From an uncultured Actinomycetota bacterium (lineage in GTDB: Bacteria > Actinomycetota > Actinomycetes > JAHEKZ01), in assembly GCA_963829525.1 (NCBI GenBank), contig CAWHIJ010000003.1:2432001-2496000 (forward strand): a stretch of 64,000 bases of DNA. Direction: 5' to 3'. Below, piece after piece: positions 43,379-55,123 of the stretch (within the stretch, counting starts at the first letter, position 1; every line of letters starts with the position of its first letter). The translations under genes and the position numbers were made by a program. A model generated the notes under the pieces. It searched no databases. It was not told the origin of the DNA and worked only from the letters and a program-made list of their open reading frames with translations.

Positions 43379-44653
43379 GTGGACTCCCTGAGCCTGGCTG
43401 TCATCTCGGCGCTCGTCGTTGGTTATGCACTCATCAGCAAACGGCTTGCGACGTCCGTCGTGTCAGCTGCGATGTTCTTCCTGGCCGGCGGTGCTCTCGT
43501 CGGCTCGTCAGGCTTGGGGCTCGTCGACCTGCCAGCCACCAGCCACACCATCGAGAGGCTCGCCGAGGTCACGCTCGCTCTGGTGCTCTTCGCCGACGCA
43601 TCGAGGATTAGGGTCGCCGACTTGCGCCATCAGGCGACCCTGCCTGCCCGGCTCCTGGGAATCGGCCTGCCGTTGACCATCGTGCTGGGATCGATCGCAG
43701 GGACGACGCTCTTCCCTGCACTTGCTTTGGCCGAAGCGGTCGTGCTCGCCATCATCTTGGCCCCTACCGACGCCGCTCTTGGTCAGGCAGTTGTCTCCGA
43801 TGAACGACTCCCCTCTCGCATCCGGCAGGCCCTCAACGTCGAGAGCGGGCTCAACGACGGCATTTGCGTGCCGCTTCTGCTCATCTCGCTGGCGTGGGCC
43901 GACACGGAGAGCGGCGGTGTGACGGCCCGACAAGGTCTGCAACTTGTCACCGAGGCGATCGGGTACGGCGTGCTTGCTGGCGCGGCTGTGGGGGCAGCAG
44001 TCGCGATCCTGCTGACCCGCGCCATTCGATCAGGGTGGACGGGGGGTGCCTGGGAACAGCTGGTCCCTGTTGGCGCCGCGCTTACTTCCTACGCCTTGGC
44101 CGACTGGCTGGGAGGCAGTGGCTTCATCGCCGCGTTCGTAGGCGGCCTGGTCTTCGGCACTCTCGTCAACAAGCACGAACAGGTAGAGCGCTTTCTCGAG
44201 GAGGCAGCGAGCCTGACGAACGCCGCAACGTTCATCGTGCTCGGAACTGTACTGGTCATCCCCGCTCTGGACAGGGTCGATCTGAGCTTCGTGGTGTACA
44301 TCCTGCTCAGCCTCACCGCCATACGCATGATTCCGGTTGCCATCGCGCTCGTGGGCACCCACGCCAGACCACCGACAGTTTCGTTTGTTGGCTGGTTCGG
44401 ACCGCGGGGACTCGCATCTCTTGTCTTTGTCGTCATTGTCCAAGACTCGGGTGCACTTGAGCACAATGAGCTCATTGTCTCGACGGCCGTCGTGACTGTG
44501 CTGGTGTCGGTCTTTGCCCACGGGATGACAGCAATCCCTCTCGTCAATCGCTACGCGACCTGGTACCACGCCCACGACGAGAAGCCCGACATGGAGTCGG
44601 AGCATGTCCACCTGCCACGCTGGCGTGGGCAACCCCCTGAGACGAAGGAGTAG
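43379..44653 (+). CDS. CPA1/NhaP-type cation:proton antiporter
   Basis: LAPTDAALG, LNVESGLNDG, WFGPRGLAS. Confidence 0.93.
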   Translation: MDSLSLAVISALVVGYALISKRLATSVVSAAMFFLAGGALVGSSGLGLVDLPATSHTIERLAEVTLALVLFADASRIRVADLRHQATLPARLLGIGLPLTIVLGSIAGTTLFPALALAEAVVLAIILAPTDAALGQAVVSDERLPSRIRQALNVESGLNDGICVPLLLISLAWADTESGGVTARQGLQLVTEAIGYGVLAGAAVGAAVAILLTRAIRSGWTGGAWEQLVPVGAALTSYALADWLGGSGFIAAFVGGLVFGTLVNKHEQVERFLEEAASLTNAATFIVLGTVLVIPALDRVDLSFVVYILLSLTAIRMIPVAIALVGTHARPPTVSFVGWFGPRGLASLVFVVIVQDSGALEHNELIVSTAVVTVLVSVFAHGMTAIPLVNRYATWYHAHDEKPDMESEHVHLPRWRGQPPETKE

Positions 44654-44656
44654 CCC

Positions 44657-45592
44657 ATGAGAGCAGCAGTCGTCGATGTCTTTGGCGATTCAGGGCTCAT
44701 CACTGTTCGCGACGTTCCTAGGCCCGATCCTGGTCCCGGTCAGATCCGCATCAAGATCGCGGCCGCCGGAATCAACCCGGTCGACACGTACAACGCCAAG
44801 GACCCATCGTGGGCCAGAATCGAAGCGGGCTGCGTACTCGGTTACGACGTAGCCGGCACGGTGGAGTCCGTCGGCGACAACATCAGTGTGGAGCTCATCG
44901 GCCGGAAACTCATGGCGATGACGGCCTTCCCACGAGGGCAAGGCGGCTACGCCGAGTACGCCGTCGTCGATGAGCCACTTGCCGCCTACCTCTCCGATGA
45001 CGCCGATCTCGTCGCGGCCGCGTCAGTACCGCTGGCGGCTGGAACAGCGTGGGAAGTTCTGCGAAAGCTGGAACCGGCTGGATCTTCGATGCTCGTTATC
45101 GGCGGCAGCGGGGGCGTCGGGCTCTTCCTCATCCAGCTCGCAGCAGCCCGGGGCATCCGCGTCATCGCACTGGGCCAAAAGCGGAGTCACGATGTGATGC
45201 GCACTAACGGCGCGGCGGCCTGCGTCGACTATCGGTCACCGGACGCCATCACAACGGCAGTCGACCTGGCCGGAGGCAGCTTCGACTCGATCGCCGAGCT
45301 GGTCGGAGGACCACTGACTGCTCTGGCCCAGCCACACCTTCGTGATGACGGAGTGATTGCGGCCATCGCCCCGCCCGACCTTGCGATCGACAGCCTCATC
45401 GACGCCAACCAATCACTGCACGGAATCCTCATCCGAGACAACGGCGAACGACTGCGCCAACTGGCCGACCTCTTCAGCGATGGCCGCCTGCGCACACACG
45501 TCACCCGAGTCCTGCCCCTCGGCGAGGTGGTCGAGGCTCACCGTCTGGTTGACTCCGGCGAAGCCGGCGGCAAGGTCGTTCTCACTCCGTAA
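44657..45592 (+). CDS. NADP-dependent MDR/quinone-reductase-like oxidoreductase
   Basis: AAGINPVD, LGYDVAG, GGYAEY, GGSGGVG, GKVVL. Confidence 0.92.
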   Translation: MRAAVVDVFGDSGLITVRDVPRPDPGPGQIRIKIAAAGINPVDTYNAKDPSWARIEAGCVLGYDVAGTVESVGDNISVELIGRKLMAMTAFPRGQGGYAEYAVVDEPLAAYLSDDADLVAAASVPLAAGTAWEVLRKLEPAGSSMLVIGGSGGVGLFLIQLAAARGIRVIALGQKRSHDVMRTNGAAACVDYRSPDAITTAVDLAGGSFDSIAELVGGPLTALAQPHLRDDGVIAAIAPPDLAIDSLIDANQSLHGILIRDNGERLRQLADLFSDGRLRTHVTRVLPLGEVVEAHRLVDSGEAGGKVVLTP

Positions 45593-46929
45593 CCGCGGCC
45601 CGGCCGTGGCAGTCGGCCCAGCTGGCCTCACGTCCGCAGCTACAAGGCGCGTCAGGATCGCGCTTGGCGTCCTGTCTTGCGTACCAATCGCGCAGACCCG
45701 TAGCTTCCTGCCCTCGCCTCAGCAGGCCGGCTGTCACCTTCATCGGTTGGTCGATATGACGGAAGAACGTCTGGTAGCCCGCACACAGATAGTGCAGTCC
45801 CGGCTCGCCGTCCGGAGTCTCGATGAAACGGTCTTTGGGGCATCCACCGTTGCAGGCAAAGCGGACGTCGCACTGTCGGCAGTAGTCCGTCAGAGTGTCG
45901 AGCTTGGCCTGGCCGAATGCGCGCTGCTGCGGCGAGTCGACCAGCTGTAGCAGAGTCTTGCCTTGCGAGATGTTCCCCAGCAGATACTCCGGCTCCACGT
46001 AGTGGTCGCACGAGTACAGGTCTCCGTTGTGCTCAAGCGCTACGGCGTCACCGCAGGTTCGGGCGTGGACGCACATACCGGCCTGTTCCATGCCGAGCCA
46101 GTGCGCCAATGACGGTGTCGAACATCTGGACGAAGACGTCACCGACGTCGTGGCGAGCCCAATCCTCAAAGATGTCGATCAGGAAACGCCCGTACTCTTC
46201 TGCTCCAACAGTGCGGTGGGTGATCTTGTCCCCTGCCTGCCGGTACAGCGGGCGATCACCGCGCCGCGACCCCCAGCCGCTCTCGGCCAGTGGAAGCATC
46301 TCGGGCGTGACTCGCTCGACGATGGGGATCAGCTGAACGAAGGTGGCGCCCAGGTCATCACGGAGGAATCGGTAGACCTCGGCGCCGTGGTCCTGGTTGG
46401 CGGCGTTGATAGTCGTCAGCGCGTTCCACTCAACGTCGTGACGCTTCAACGCGTCCAAACCAGCGAGCACCCGATCGAAGGTCGGCTTGCCACCCTTGTC
46501 AACGCGAAAGGCGTCATGCATCTCGCGGGGCCCATCGATCGAGACTCCGACGAGGAAGTCGTGTTGCTTCAGGAAGGCCGCCCACTCGTCGTCGATCAAT
46601 GTGGCGTTGGTCTGAATGGTGTTGAGGATCTTCTGCCCAGGGGCAGCATGGTGCGCTTCTCGCTCGAGCACGCGCCGGAAGAAGTCCAGACCCATCAGCG
46701 TCGGCTCGCCACCCTGGAAGGCAACCACCACCTCGTCTGCGCCTCGCTGCGCCGACAACAACTGTCCGACGTAGGCGTCAAGAACCGCGTCGTCCATGCG
46801 GAACCCGCTGCCGGGATAGAGCTCCTCCTTCGAGAGGAAGAAGCAGTACTCGCAGTCAAGGTTGCAGATCGCGCCGGTCGGCTTCGACATCACGTGAAAC
46901 ACCCGCGGAGCCACGGCAGCCGGCGTCAC
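45582..46929 (-). CDS. Anaerobic sulfatase-maturating radical SAM enzyme with SPASM domain and a degenerate SEC-C tail; frameshift near 46110
   Basis: KPTGAICNLDCEYC, FQGGEPTL, GVSIDGP, GDLYSCDHYV, C..C.VRFACNGGCPKDR, PCSCG....ADCHG. Confidence 0.92.
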
Positions 46930-46939
46930 AACGATCCCC

Positions 46940-49302
46940 TCAGTCGAGAAGGAACCATCCTCGCACCTGCGCCTCGTGGTCGATGTACCGCTCACCAGAC
47001 ACGTCCACCACGACCTTGTCGATCTCGCCCCCAGTGAACGTGAATGGCGCGACGTAGTCGGGGGTGACCGGAGACGCATCATCGCGGCCGACGCAGATCC
47101 CGTCCCCAACTGCACAGAACAAGCCAGGCTGGGTCACGATCCGGCTTGATCCGACGGCCTGCTCGTTCATGTAGAGCGTCAACGTTCCGACCGCCCCCGG
47201 CATCGATGGGTCCTCGCTCCGCCCCTCAGCCGCGAACTCGGCCGTGAACACGTGACCACCCGCGGTGATCTCTCGATCAGAAACGATCTCCTGCAGGTGG
47301 GTACCGACCCAGTTGAACGTGTAGCGGAGGCGGCGGTCTTTGATGTACAGGCTATGCCCGCCCACGACGCCACCGTGGGCGTATAAAACCCCCTGCGCGT
47401 CCGGGCTGTCGACCCTCACACCGGCAGCGATCGTGTAGGACCGTCCGCTTATCAGCACTCCCGACTGCTCCGGCACCGAGGCGCAGTCCGGGTAGTAGAT
47501 GTAGCGGTCCCGCGGCGGGGAGCCGCTGGGACGCTCGGCGAGCGTCTGCTCCAACGCCGTCCGGTCGTCGAGGGGCAACCCGTTGTAGATCGCGGCTTGC
47601 TCGAACCAGAGCTTGACCATCGACTCGAGACGCTCGGGCTCCTGGTCGGCGAGATTGGTCGACTGCGACCGGTCGCTTCTCATGTCGTACAGCTCCCAGA
47701 CATCCTGGTCGAACTTCCCCCATCCACTCAGGGGCGGGTGAACCGTGCAGGCCAGCCAGCCCTCGTGATAGATCGACCGCTGGCCGAGCATGGCGAAGAA
47801 CTGCGTGGTCTTGCTCGGTGCCGACTCGTCGGTCAGCGACCTCGCGAAGCTCTCCCCCTCGAGAGGGCTCTGCTGGTATCCGCCCAGGGTCTCCGGTGGG
47901 GTGATGCCGATCAGGTCGTAGATCGGTCGGGACGACATCAACGGCGTGGATGTACTGCTGCCGAGGCGTTGCCTGCGGGGCGACCTTCGCCGGCCAGGCC
48001 ACCATGCACATGTCGGCGATGCCGCCTTCGTAGCCCGCCCAGCGCTTCCAGTAGGGGAAGGGGGTGTCGAACGCCCAGGCCCAACCGGTGTTGTAGTGGT
48101 TGTAGCTCGTCGGGCTGCCGAGTTCATCGATGTGCTGCAGCGACAGCTCGGTCGGAGTGGGGACACCGTTGAAAAAGCGCCACTCGTTGAAGGTTCCGTT
48201 CGGTCCCCCCTCGCCGCTGGCTCCGTTGTCGGAGACGACGACGATGATCGTGTTGTCGAGCTCCCCCGACGACTCCAGGAAGTCGATCACCCGTCCGACC
48301 TGGTCGTCGGTATACGAGACGTAGCCCGCGAACACCTCGGCCATCCGGACGAAGAGACGTTCTCGTCGTCGCTGAGGGAGTTCCATGGCCGGACGGTGTC
48401 GAGCAGGGGCCACGGCTGTCCGTCCGGTCCGGTGACGGCGGGCTCGCCATGGGGGTTGATGGTCGAGAGCTCGGTGTCGCCCGGAAGCAGTCCCGAGATC
48501 CTTCTGCCGGGCCAGGATCTGGCCGCGGATCTCTTCGTAGCCCTATGTCGAAGCGGCCCTTGTACTTGTCCGCCCATTCCTTGAAGACGTGGTGCGGGGC
48601 GTGTGCCGCATCAAGCGAGAAGTACATGAAGAAGGGCTTGTCCGGCTCGACGACCTTGGCGTCCCGGATGAAGCGGATCGCCTGGTCCGAGAGGTCCTTG
48701 GCGATGTGGTAGCCCTCCTCCGGTGTCGCCGGAGGGTCGACGGGGTGGTTGTCGTGCACCAGGTCGGGGTACCAGCAGCTGGACTCCCCACCGAGGAACC
48801 CGTAGAACCGCTCGAATCCGCGACCCAGCGGCCAGCGCCGTTTCGAGGCGGCCATCCCGGTCTCCTCACCTGGGGTGAGGTGCCACTTGCCGACGCAGTA
48901 GGTGTTGTAGCCATGCTCGAGCAGTACCTCGGAGAGGAAACCGTTCTCGAACGGGATGCGGGTGGAGATGCCCGGGAACCCCGAGCTGAACTCCGCGATG
49001 GTGGCCATACCGTTCGATGTGGCATTGCGGCCGGTCAGTAGTGACGCCCGGGTTGGCGAGCAGAGTGCTGTGGTGTGGAAGTTGGCGTACTTGACGCCCA
49101 TGTCTGCGATTCGCGTCATGGTGGGCGTCTCGACTGGTCCACCGAAGCAGTCCATCGTGCCGAAGCCGACGTCGTCCCAAGCGATGAAGAGCACGTTCGG
49201 TGCCCCATCAGGGGCTTTGGGGGCTAGGTAGGGAGCCCAGTCCGGCTCGGAGTCACGGATGTCGAGCGCGATCTTGCCTTTGAACTCCGCCAATGCGTCC
49301 AC
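46940..49302 (-). CDS. Cys-type arylsulfatase; about 4 frameshifts near 48545, 48500, 48360 and 47925
   Basis: WDDVGFG, LCSPTRASLLTGR, VGKWHL, AAHAPHH, SDNGASGEGG, WELYD..DRSQ..NLA. Confidence 0.9.
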
Positions 49303-49420
49303 TCCCTCAGGTCCCTGTCGGATCGGGCACCGTCGTCACCCATCGTGGTGGGTCCACCCGATCGCGTCTACCTCCCGTTGGGACGAGTCAACGCGTCTAG
49401 TCAGCCCGTCCGGTTCTTAC

Positions 49421-50912
49421 TCAGCAACCGGAGCCTCGCACCGGGCGACCCGGACGCGCCTCCACCAAGAGCTCACCATCACGAACCACGGCAGTTCCCG
49501 ACACAAAGACGTGCGCAATACCCGCTGACGTGAGAGTGGGTTCGTCGTACGTCGCTCGGTCAGTGATCGTTTCGGGGTCGAACACCACGAGGTCGGCGTC
49601 CGCACCGACTTGGATGCGCCCTTTGCGATGCATTTCCGGTGCGATGTCGCGCAAGATCTCGGCCGGCACCAAAGTGCAACGACGAACAGCCTCTGGCAGG
49701 TCGATCAGGCGGAGCTCACGCACGTACCAGCGCAGTACGCGGCTGAACGTGCCGGCCGTCCGAGGATGCGTGAGTACTCCGGGCGGAACCGGCCATGGGA
49801 TCGGTTCGCTCATGTCGCCGCTCGGCGGGACGAGGGGCATTGCGTCGGACGCAACAGCCGTCTCGGCAGTAAGAAAGGCACGCATGAGGAACCCGAGGTC
49901 GTCCGGGTCGCTCTCACGGAGGAAGTCGATGACTGCGATGCCCCCTGGGTCAAGGGTGCGCAGCTCGTTCAATCGAGCAACCGAAGACGACCCGCTCGCC
50001 GGTGGGCAGGTAGCGGATGTCGGTCGGCTTCAAGCCTTGATAGGTGAGCGCCTCCGGCGCGAGGAACTCAGCGCCGATTCCGGTGCACCCAGCCCCGTAC
50101 GGGTAGGCCTCAGTGGTGATCGCGAGCCCTTGGTCCTGACCGCGCCCGATCATCTCGTTGACCCGGTCGATGTTCCTCGTTGATGTGCTGTTCACATGAC
50201 AGATGTGCATGTGCGCCCCCGTCGCCAACGCAGCCGTTACCGCCTCAGCTGCGCCGAAGATCCCGCTGTCCGGCCGGGTGAGTTCGCGGACGTGGGTGTA
50301 TGTCGAGGTACCCACCTCAGCGGCGAGGCCGGCGACGGCCAGGTACTCGTCGGCCGATGCCTCCTGGCAGTAGCCGAGCAGTACGCCGATCCCCAGTGCG
50401 CCATCTGCCAGCTCGCGCCGCAGTCCGTCGATGAGCTTCGGCGTCTCGTCTCGAGCCAGCGCCCGGTGCCAGTCGGGCGCACCGATGTGATCCATGAAGG
50501 GATCAGCTGAAGCATGGACGTCCAGACCGCAGGTTGCCATCCGCACGACAGCCCACGAGGCCGAGAACCCGTAGTGGTTTGGGCTGCCCTCTGCTGCCGC
50601 TCGGCGGTAGGCGTCGGCAACATCGATCTCGCCGCCCTCGAGCTCGAGCGCGGTGGTCACCCCGTCACACACCTGAAGTGCCCGGGACGCATAGTCACGG
50701 CAGTGGCTGTGCAGGTCGATGAATCCAGGGGTCAGCACAAGACCGGTGAGGTCGCGTTCGACACGACCACGTAGCAACCGGTCGCCGCCCTTCGCGACGA
50801 CCGAGATCGTGTCGACGTCCACCGCGACATCACACACCGCGTCCAGCCCGGTCTCGGGGTCGAGGGTCCGCGCACCCCGCAGAACCAGCTCGTGCTCGCT
50901 CCCGACGGTCAT
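49421..50912 (-). CDS. Amidohydrolase (N-acyl-D-amino-acid deacylase-like); frameshift near 49985
   Basis: PGFIDLHSH, DGVTTALELEGG, TEAYPY, ASDAM, THPRTAGTF, KGRIQVGADADLVVFDP. Confidence 0.87.
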
Positions 50913-51054
50913 CACCCAAGGCTAGGGTCACCGTCCGGCAACGACTCGCCGCATCCGCCGTGTTCTGCTTGCGGGCCTCTGTGGGCTGCGTCAAGGTGTG
51001 CCGAGGCAGTCCCCCGCCCGTCAAGCCACCTTTCACTGGCACCGGAGGTGCACC

Positions 51055-52420
51055 ATGCCCGAGAAGAGCACGGAGAATCTGGCGACCGAAGTCCGCAGCC
51101 TCCTTCCGCAGCTCACCGCCGACCTCCGCAACCTCGTGGCGATCCGGTCCGTATCGTCGCCGGGGTACCCCGAATCGACACACGCCGCACTTGCCGAGGC
51201 CGAGCAGTTCGTCACCCGACTGCTGCGGGGGGCCGGGTGCGAGCGTGTCGAGACAATCGAGCTGCCGGACACCGCGCCCGTTGTCTTCGCGGGATCCCTG
51301 CCCCAGATGGTGCGCCTACGGTGCTGCTGTACAGCCACTACGACGTCGTCCCAGCCGGTGACGAGGCCCTGTGGGAGACACCCCCGTTCGTACCGACTGA
51401 CCGAGACGATGCCCTCTTTGGCCGCGGCTCCGCAGACACCAAGTCGAACATCATGGCGATCGTCGGTGCGTTACGCGCATGGGGCGGGCGCCCGCCGGTG
51501 GGCGTCAAAGTGGTCATCGAAGGTCAGGAGGAGGTCGGCGGCGGCGCGTTCACCACCTACCCACAGCAGGACCCGGAACGCTTCGCTGCCGACGTGATGC
51601 TGATCGCCGACCTCGGCAACGTCCGCCCAGGTGCTCCGACGCTCACCGTGGCGCTCCGTGGCATGGCCAACATCGTCGTCGAGGTGCGCACACTAGCGTC
51701 AGCAAAGCACAGCGGTCAGTACGGCGGTGCGGCCCCCGACGCGCTGCTGGCGCTGATGCGCGGGCTGGCGTCGCTGCACGACGACAACGGCGACGTCGCG
51801 GTCGCGGGCCTGCGACGCGAGCGAGTGGTCGGGAGGCGGACCTGACGAGGCGGAGTTCCGTGAGCTCGCCGAGGTCGTCGACGGCGCCCCGCTCATGGGC
51901 ACCGGCACCCTCGGCTCCCGCGTGTGGAGCGGGCCCGGCCATCACGGTGATCGGCGTGGACGTCCCATCAGTCGACAACTCGCTCAACGCGGTCGCGCCG
52001 TACGCACGGGCCAAGCTCAATGTCCGGGTGCACCCGGAGCAGGACCCGAAGGAAGCCCAGCAGGCAGTGGTCGAGCACCTGCGCGAGCAGATGCCGTTCG
52101 GTCTCGCACTCGACGGTCGAGCCGCTCGAGACCGGGCACGGGTTCGCTGCCCGCACTGACAGCCCGGCGGTGGAGGCCGCGTCCGCCGCTTGGTCGGCAG
52201 CCTGGGACGCCGAGACGGCCATGGCCGGAGCAGGTGGCTCCATCCCCCTGGTGAGCTCGCTGGCCGAGGCAGTTCCGGGTGCCGAGATCCTGCTCGGTGG
52301 GACCACCGACGGCTACTCCAACATCCACGGTCCAAACGAGCGGGTGCTGCTGGACGAGTTCGAGAGGACGACGGTTGCGATAGCCGATCTGCTTCGCCCG
52401 GCTCGGGAGCCGCCTCGTGA
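51055..52420 (+). CDS. M20-family dipeptidase; several frameshifts
   Basis: PTVLLYSHYDVVP, GRGSADTK, IEGQEEVG, HSGQYGG, GGSIPLV, NIHGPNE across three frames; GGAGG RBS. Confidence 0.87.
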
Positions 52421-54083
52421 GCACCGACGAGGCGACGCACCGAGGAGCAAGCCGGAGTCTGGTCGCCCGCACGCTCGATCTGATCGAGCGAGTCGGCAAC
52501 AAGGTGCCGCACCCGGCCGATGATGTTCCTCGCGCTCTGCATCGGCGTGATCCTGCTGTCGCAGCTGCTCGCCTGGATCGGCGTATCGGCAACCTACGAG
52601 GTGGTCCAGCCGCCGCCCCAGCAGGTCGAGGCGGAGTACGTCGGTGGTTCGACGCTGCCCGCCGAGACGATGCCGTGCAGAACCACCGGACGCGGGCGAC
52701 TACGAGGTGGTCGAGCGAGACCGTCGAGATCGAAGGACTGCTGACGGTCGACGGGGTCCGGTACATGTTCACGTCGTTCGTGCCAAACTTCATGGGCTTC
52801 ACGGCGATGGGGATCATCCTCATCGTCATGATCGGCGTCGGGGTGGCCGAGCGGTCCGGACTGATCTCGGCCTTGATTCGCAGACTGGTCGATGCGTCGT
52901 CTCCCGCGGCGCTCACCTACATCATCGTGTTCCTCGGGGTTCATCTCCAGCATCGCTTCCGACGCCGGCTACCTGGTGCTGATCCCACTCGGCGCGGTCG
53001 CATTCGCGAGCGTGGGGCGACATCCGCTGGCCGGGATGGCCGCCGCGTTCGCCGGCGTCGCAGGGGGTTTCGGCGTCAACTTGCTGATCACCCCAACTGA
53101 CGCAGTGCTCACCGAGATCACCAACGAGTCGAGCGCGCTCGTCGACCCCAGCCAGTCGATCGACCTGACGGCGAACTTCTGGTTCGGCATCGGGTCGACG
53201 ATCCTGCTGACGATCCTGCTGGGCATCACCACGTCGCGCATCGTCGAGCGGCGGCTCGGCGCCTACGACCCCTCGGTCGCCCCTGACGCCGACAGCCCAC
53301 AGATCCAGGCCGCGGACGAGGCGCCAGAGGTCAGTGCGGATGCTGAGCGCCGGGGCCTGCGCCTGTCGGGCCTCTGGTTCCTCGGCGCAGCGCTGCTCAT
53401 CACGCTTCTGACGGTGCTGCCCGGCGCTCCGCTGCGCGACCCGGAGACCGGCAGCATCATCGGCACGTCGCCGTTCATGGACGGCCTCATCGTGATCATC
53501 TCGGTGCTCTTCCTTGCCGCCGGCGTGGGCTTCGCGCCGAGGCGCCGGAACGCTCTCAGCCAAGGGCGACATCATCGATGCGATCACCAAGTCGTGGGCC
53601 GGGCTGGCCGGGCTGCTTCTGTTGTTCCTGCTGATCGCGCAGTTCATCGCCTACTTCAACTACTCGAACATGCCGCAGGTGGCCGCGGTGAAGCTCGGTG
53701 ATCTCATCGAAGGGCTGGACATCGGCACGGTGTGGCTGCTTCTCATCGCCATCATCATCACCCTGGTTGTTGGGATCTTCATCCCCCAGGCGATAGCGAA
53801 GTGGGCGCTGCTCGCTCCGATCTTCGTCCCGCTCTTCCTACGCCTTGGCGTCGAGCCGGACGTTGTGCTCGCCGCGTACCGAGTGGGTGACTCACCGATC
53901 AACATCGTGACGCCGATCATGGCGTATTTCCCGTTGATCGTCGTCTTCGCTGCCCGCTACGACAAGCGGTCGGGGATCGGCACAGTCATCGCGTTGATGC
54001 TGCCCTACTTCGTGCTGATGTCGGTGGTCTGGACGGCGTTCTTCCTCGTCTGGTACCTCCTCGGCATTCCGTGGGGCTTCTGA
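52417..54083 (+). CDS. AbgT-family transporter; several frameshifts
   Basis: IERVGNKVPHP, GVGVAERSGLI, ASDAGY, GRHPLAG, AQFIAYFNYSN, AYRVGDSPINI. Confidence 0.9.
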
Positions 54084-54100
54084 TCAATGGGCAGACAGTG

Positions 54101-55072
54101 ATGCGCCACATCAGCACCGGACAGCTGCCGACCGAGGAAGAGGTGCAGCGGCTGGTCGATGAGACCCACCGTGAGCTGCTCAGCGTTGACGAAGGCGACG
54201 TCAGCGCCGTCTACCCGGCTCTGAGCAACGTCTCCGCGGACCTGTTCGGAATCTGTGTGGTCAGCCAGACCGGTGCTGAGTTCGTCGCCGGAGATGTGGA
54301 TGTCCCCTTCGCGTTGATGAGCGTGGCCAAGCCGTTCGTGCTCGCACTCGTCGTTGACGCGCTCGGCCCCGACGCCGTCCTCCGCGACATCGGCGTCGAC
54401 GCGACCGGACGCCCGTTCGACTCGGTGACCGCTGTAGAGGAGTCCACCGACGGCCGCACGAACCCGATGGTCAACGCCGGCGCCATTGCCACCACAGCAC
54501 TGATTCCCGGCGCCGATGCGGAAGAACGCTGGCGGTACCTCGCCAAGGGACTCTCCCGGTTCGCCGGCGAGTCACTCATCATCGACTCAGAGATCTACGC
54601 CTCGGCCTCCTCCACCAACCTGCGCAACCGGGAGATCACGACAGCGCTAGGTGCCCGCGGCCGGATTACCGGAGAACCGAGCGAGGCGCTCGACCGCTAC
54701 ACCCGGCAGTCCTGTCTGCGAGTCACTGCACGGAACCTAGCCGCGATGGGAGCAACGCTGGCCGACGGCGGGGTGAATCCCGAGACCGGCGATGCGGTTG
54801 TGAGCGGTGAGACAGCACGCTTCGTACTCGCCGTGATGGCCACCGCTGGAATGTATACGGGTTCAGGCGCATGGCTGTGCGAGGTTGGCTTGCCCGCCAA
54901 GAGCGGCATCGGCGGAGGCATCGTCACCGTTGCGCCGGGCAAGGGCGGCATGGGGACTTACTCTCCGCGCCTGGACTTCCACGGGAACAGCGTGAGAGGC
55001 GGGCTGGCCGCTAGATCCCTGTCGGAGGCGCTGGGCCTCGACCTCTTCGCCAGCATGCCGGTCACCCCGTAG
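54101..55072 (+). CDS. glsA: Glutaminase
   Basis: FALMSVAKPF (SxxK), NPMVNAGAI, Y.RQSC, GLPAKSGIGGG, SPRLD..GNS. Confidence 0.95.
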   Translation: MRHISTGQLPTEEEVQRLVDETHRELLSVDEGDVSAVYPALSNVSADLFGICVVSQTGAEFVAGDVDVPFALMSVAKPFVLALVVDALGPDAVLRDIGVDATGRPFDSVTAVEESTDGRTNPMVNAGAIATTALIPGADAEERWRYLAKGLSRFAGESLIIDSEIYASASSTNLRNREITTALGARGRITGEPSEALDRYTRQSCLRVTARNLAAMGATLADGGVNPETGDAVVSGETARFVLAVMATAGMYTGSGAWLCEVGLPAKSGIGGGIVTVAPGKGGMGTYSPRLDFHGNSVRGGLAARSLSEALGLDLFASMPVTP

Positions 55073-55123
55073 TCCGCCGCCCCGACCGACGATGCTTCGG
55101 CGCACAGCCTGGGCGAGCACGAA

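Noticed and set aside
39900-53600. Programmed ribosomal frameshifting or phase variation in the catabolic genes
   Set aside because: The shifts are numerous, go in both directions, and lack slippery heptamers or long simple repeats; sequencing error or decay is more parsimonious.
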